Assembly (NCBI GenBank): GCA_902778935.1
Contig: CACYZT010000005.1
Span: 21,932 to 85,931, forward strand
Direction: 5' to 3'
DNA: 64,000 nt
Source of the DNA: an uncultured Bacteroidales bacterium
GTDB taxonomy: Bacteria > Bacteroidota > Bacteroidia > Bacteroidales > Paludibacteraceae
Position numbers and translations under genes: made by a program. The notes beneath the pieces were generated by a model. The model was not told the DNA's origin. It saw only the letters and a list, made by a program, of their open reading frames with translations, and searched no databases. How positions within the stretch are numbered: position 1 is the stretch's first letter; each line of letters starts with the position of its first letter. Of this stretch, positions 61,681 to 64,000 are shown piece by piece.

Positions 61681-63279
61681 ATGAAAAGTGTATTTAAGTA
61701 TTTACTGATTGTATCGGTGGCAGCAGTGGCTGTATCGTGCCAGCAGCGCGAGTTGAATACCAAAGTCAGCAATACCACCGGTTGGAATTATTTCGACCAA
61801 CGTACTACGAATTTTGAGGCTATCGAGGGTGTGGGTAATGTAAGCCCGACCGGTATGCTGCCTATCCAGGGCGGTTCGTTCACCGTAGGAGAGAAAGATG
61901 AGTTCATCACCGCTCCGCGTAACAACGATACCCGTACCATCACCGTTAGCTCATTCTATATGGATAAGTACGAGGTCACGAACCTGAACTGGAATGAGTA
62001 TCTCCACTGGTTGGATGTAGTGTTCGGTGCCGTAGCTCCGGAATTGGTTGATAAGGCTCGTCCTGACCATACCGTTTGGCGTGAGGACCTGGCGTACAAC
62101 GATCCGTATGAGGATAACTATTTCGATCACCCTGCGTTCTCGTTCTATCCTATCGTAGGTGTGACATGGGAGCAGGCGATGGCTTACTGCCAGTGGCGTA
62201 CCGACCGTGTTAACGAGTTGGCGCTTATCAAAGCCGGTGCGATAGTTGTACCTCCGTTTGCTGACCTTCAGCCGACGGATGACGAGGCATACAAAGATGA
62301 ATGGGAGCAATATACCGGTTACGAGATGTACTCGTATGAGGAGGTAAGTCCGGAGGATCCCGAGCAGACGATTACGATGTATCGTCCGAGCTATGAGTGG
62401 ATTCGCGACCGCTTTGTATTCAATACCGAGAAATATTTGATGGATGATAGATATGTTCCCGAAGTTGGCCGTCGTCCGAAATATGACAGCTATGGTGAGG
62501 AGCGCAAGGTGAACCGCGCAGATGGTCTGTTCGTAACAGGTTATCGTCTGCCGACAGAGGCAGAGTGGGAGTTCGCTGCTTATGCACCGGTAGCAGGCGA
62601 GGATGGTTTGACCATTGAGGGTAAAGTATATCCCTGGAGCGGTTATCATCCGCGTGACATGAGCAAGAAGAACCTTGGTCAGATGCAGGCTAACTTCATT
62701 CGCGGTCGCGGCGACATGATGGGTGTGAGTGGTGCGCTCAATGACCGTCACGTCATCACGAATCCGGTGGATGAGTTTGCTCCTAATGATTTCGGTTTAT
62801 ACAATATGGCAGGAAACGTGAACGAGTGGGTTCTCGATGTTTATCGCGAGACGACTTCTCAGGAGACCAGCGAGTATAACTCTTACCGCGGTAATATCTA
62901 CAGCCACCCTGTCCTTGGCGAAGATGGTAAGTTCGTATTGGATTCGGTAGGTTGCATCCAAATCAGCTGGGGTAAAGAGGATGATAAGCGCGATGTGCTG
63001 GACGGCGATTTCGCAAGTCTGTTCGAGACCGATTATCCGCTGGATACCGTAGGAATAGAGAATCTATCGGAGGTTAAAACCGACCCGACTGATATCCTTG
63101 CTCCGCGTATCACGAAAAAGACGCGTGTTTACAAAGGCGGTTCTTGGGCTGACCGTATCTACTGGCTCAATCCGTCCACACGCCGTTACCTCGACCAGGA
63201 CAAGGCTTCGTCCAAAATCGGTTTCCGCTGCGCGATGTCCACGCTGGGTGACCAGATTCCCGGAACGCCTGTTAAATAA
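61681..63279 (+). CDS. gldJ: GldJ-like lipoprotein (FGE/SUMF1-fold, type IX secretion/gliding associated)
   Basis: 532 aa. Lipobox 'VAVSC'. 'FYMDKYEVTN', 'GYRLPTEAEWEFAA' and 'N..GNV.EW' FGE-sulfatase-fold motifs. Stand-alone, not in a porKLMN context. A -7 box lies at 61595-61602. Confidence 0.6.
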   Translation: MKSVFKYLLIVSVAAVAVSCQQRELNTKVSNTTGWNYFDQRTTNFEAIEGVGNVSPTGMLPIQGGSFTVGEKDEFITAPRNNDTRTITVSSFYMDKYEVTNLNWNEYLHWLDVVFGAVAPELVDKARPDHTVWREDLAYNDPYEDNYFDHPAFSFYPIVGVTWEQAMAYCQWRTDRVNELALIKAGAIVVPPFADLQPTDDEAYKDEWEQYTGYEMYSYEEVSPEDPEQTITMYRPSYEWIRDRFVFNTEKYLMDDRYVPEVGRRPKYDSYGEERKVNRADGLFVTGYRLPTEAEWEFAAYAPVAGEDGLTIEGKVYPWSGYHPRDMSKKNLGQMQANFIRGRGDMMGVSGALNDRHVITNPVDEFAPNDFGLYNMAGNVNEWVLDVYRETTSQETSEYNSYRGNIYSHPVLGEDGKFVLDSVGCIQISWGKEDDKRDVLDGDFASLFETDYPLDTVGIENLSEVKTDPTDILAPRITKKTRVYKGGSWADRIYWLNPSTRRYLDQDKASSKIGFRCAMSTLGDQIPGTPVK

Positions 63280-63308
63280 ATTGTTAAACCACAAAATCGT
63301 ATATCTGT

Positions 63309-63683
63309 ATGAATTTTCCTAAAGATATCCGCTACACGAGCGAACATGAATGGATTCGCGTAGAGGGAGATGAGGCTTATGTTGGCATCACCGATTATGC
63401 GCAGTCCGAGTTGGGTGAGATTGTATTTATTGATGTTCCGTCCGTAGGCGAGACAGTCGGTCAAGGCGAAGTATTCGGATCTATCGAAGCCGTAAAGACC
63501 GTAAGCGACCTCAATATGCCGGTAACGGGTGAGGTGTTGGAGTTAAACGAAGAGTTGGACGCTGCGCCTGAGTTGGTGAACAACGATCCGTATGGCAAAG
63601 GATGGATTATCCGTATTGCCGTAAAGGATGCTTCCGAACTGGACAAACTGATGGATGCAGCAGCCTACGAAGCAAGTCTCTAA
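63309..63683 (+). CDS. gcvH: glycine cleavage system protein H
   Basis: 124 aa. Lipoyl-lysine motif '[11 protein letters not shown]'. Confidence 0.9.
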   Translation: MNFPKDIRYTSEHEWIRVEGDEAYVGITDYAQSELGEIVFIDVPSVGETVGQGEVFGSIEAVKTVSDLNMPVTGEVLELNEELDAAPELVNNDPYGKGWIIRIAVKDASELDKLMDAAAYEASL

Positions 63684-63708
63684 CGCGCGTATACGCGTAT
63701 ATTATAAG

Positions 63709-63739
63709 GAGAGCGACCTTAACGGGCCGCTCTCTTTTT
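63709..63739. terminator. bidirectional intrinsic terminator between convergent genes
   Basis: GAGAGCG (63709-63715) pairs with CGCTCTC (63728-63734), followed by TTTTT. Confidence 0.7.
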
Positions 63740-63797
63740 GCAGTTTATCGTACAATATAAGTAGCTAATAGCACTATAGTTGTAATCGCATAGTGCT

Positions 63798-64000
63798 TTA
63801 CCACTCGAATGTAGCTCGTACGGGTTTATGGTCCGAACCCGATGCGTGAGGAATAGAACTCTCGACGGGTTTGAGCGGGTCGGAACAAAAGATATAATCG
63901 ATACGAACGCCATATCCTCTGTGCTCACATGTTGCTCCGTATTCGAACCAATGAAGCGAACGCCATGCATCGTGCAAACCGCGACTGATGTGCCAATAGG
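63798..64000 (-). CDS. endonuclease/exonuclease/phosphatase-family protein, 3' end only (absent from the ORF track)
   Basis: Hand translation of the minus strand gives '..YWHISRGLHDAWRSLHWFEYGATCEHRGYGVRIDYIFCSDPLKPVESSIPHASGSDHKPVRATFEW*'. 'RIDYIF' and 'SDH.PV' are EEP C-terminal motifs. Confidence 0.6.
   Translation of the reverse strand, partial: YWHISRGLHDAWRSLHWFEYGATCEHRGYGVRIDYIFCSDPLKPVESSIPHASGSDHKPVRATFEW

Noticed and set aside
63719-63970. ORF-track 83-aa ORF on the minus strand
   Set aside because: A different minus-strand frame (63798-64000) gives clear EEP-family motifs and is open to the window edge. The 83-aa ORF is an out-of-frame shadow.

Overview
This is a 64-kb chromosomal segment of about 50% GC, most likely from a Bacteroidota (Bacteroidales/Prevotellaceae-like) genome. 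The assignment rests on three things: gene content (an lpxD-lpxC-lpxA cluster, a GldJ-type lipoprotein, fused GltD-type oxidoreductases), the absence of Shine-Dalgarno sequences, and more than 15 TAnnTTTG -7 promoter boxes read directly upstream of genes. I call about 58 protein genes and one tRNA-Leu(UAA). I see no rRNA, CRISPR array, transposase or integrase. Most genes are housekeeping: deoC, dacB, birA, rfbB, recO, pgk, ddl, xseA, rpe, rpsU, lpxDCA, glnS, phoH, aroB, metG, cdaA, folP and gcvH. There are three accessory-looking patches. (i) 15.2-18.1 kb holds a secreted repeat protein and a ParE-type toxin with an untracked 45-aa antitoxin. (ii) 30.5-32.7 kb is a repeat- and hairpin-dense stretch with gene relics. 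(iii) 32.7-45.9 kb is a lipoprotein / beta-barrel / 2,987-aa multi-domain extracellular EEP-nuclease module, followed by a receiver-less winged-helix protein. The strangest signal is not a gene. Short tandem repeat families (7-nt periodic tracts, a 16-nt repeat and a 33-nt hairpin element) fill intra-operon spacers. They also sit inside essential genes (ddl, aroB, ccsBA, glnS, a GltD-like oxidoreductase), always in lengths that preserve the reading frame. Other points worth a second look are a DUF3127 protein built like SSB (OB-like domain, Ala/Pro linker, DLPF tail) that is coupled to recO, a short C-terminal tag shared by three secreted proteins, an lpxC without the usual fabZ fusion, and an atypical Asp-to-Glu response regulator. 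All functional calls come from motif recognition by eye; no database search was run.
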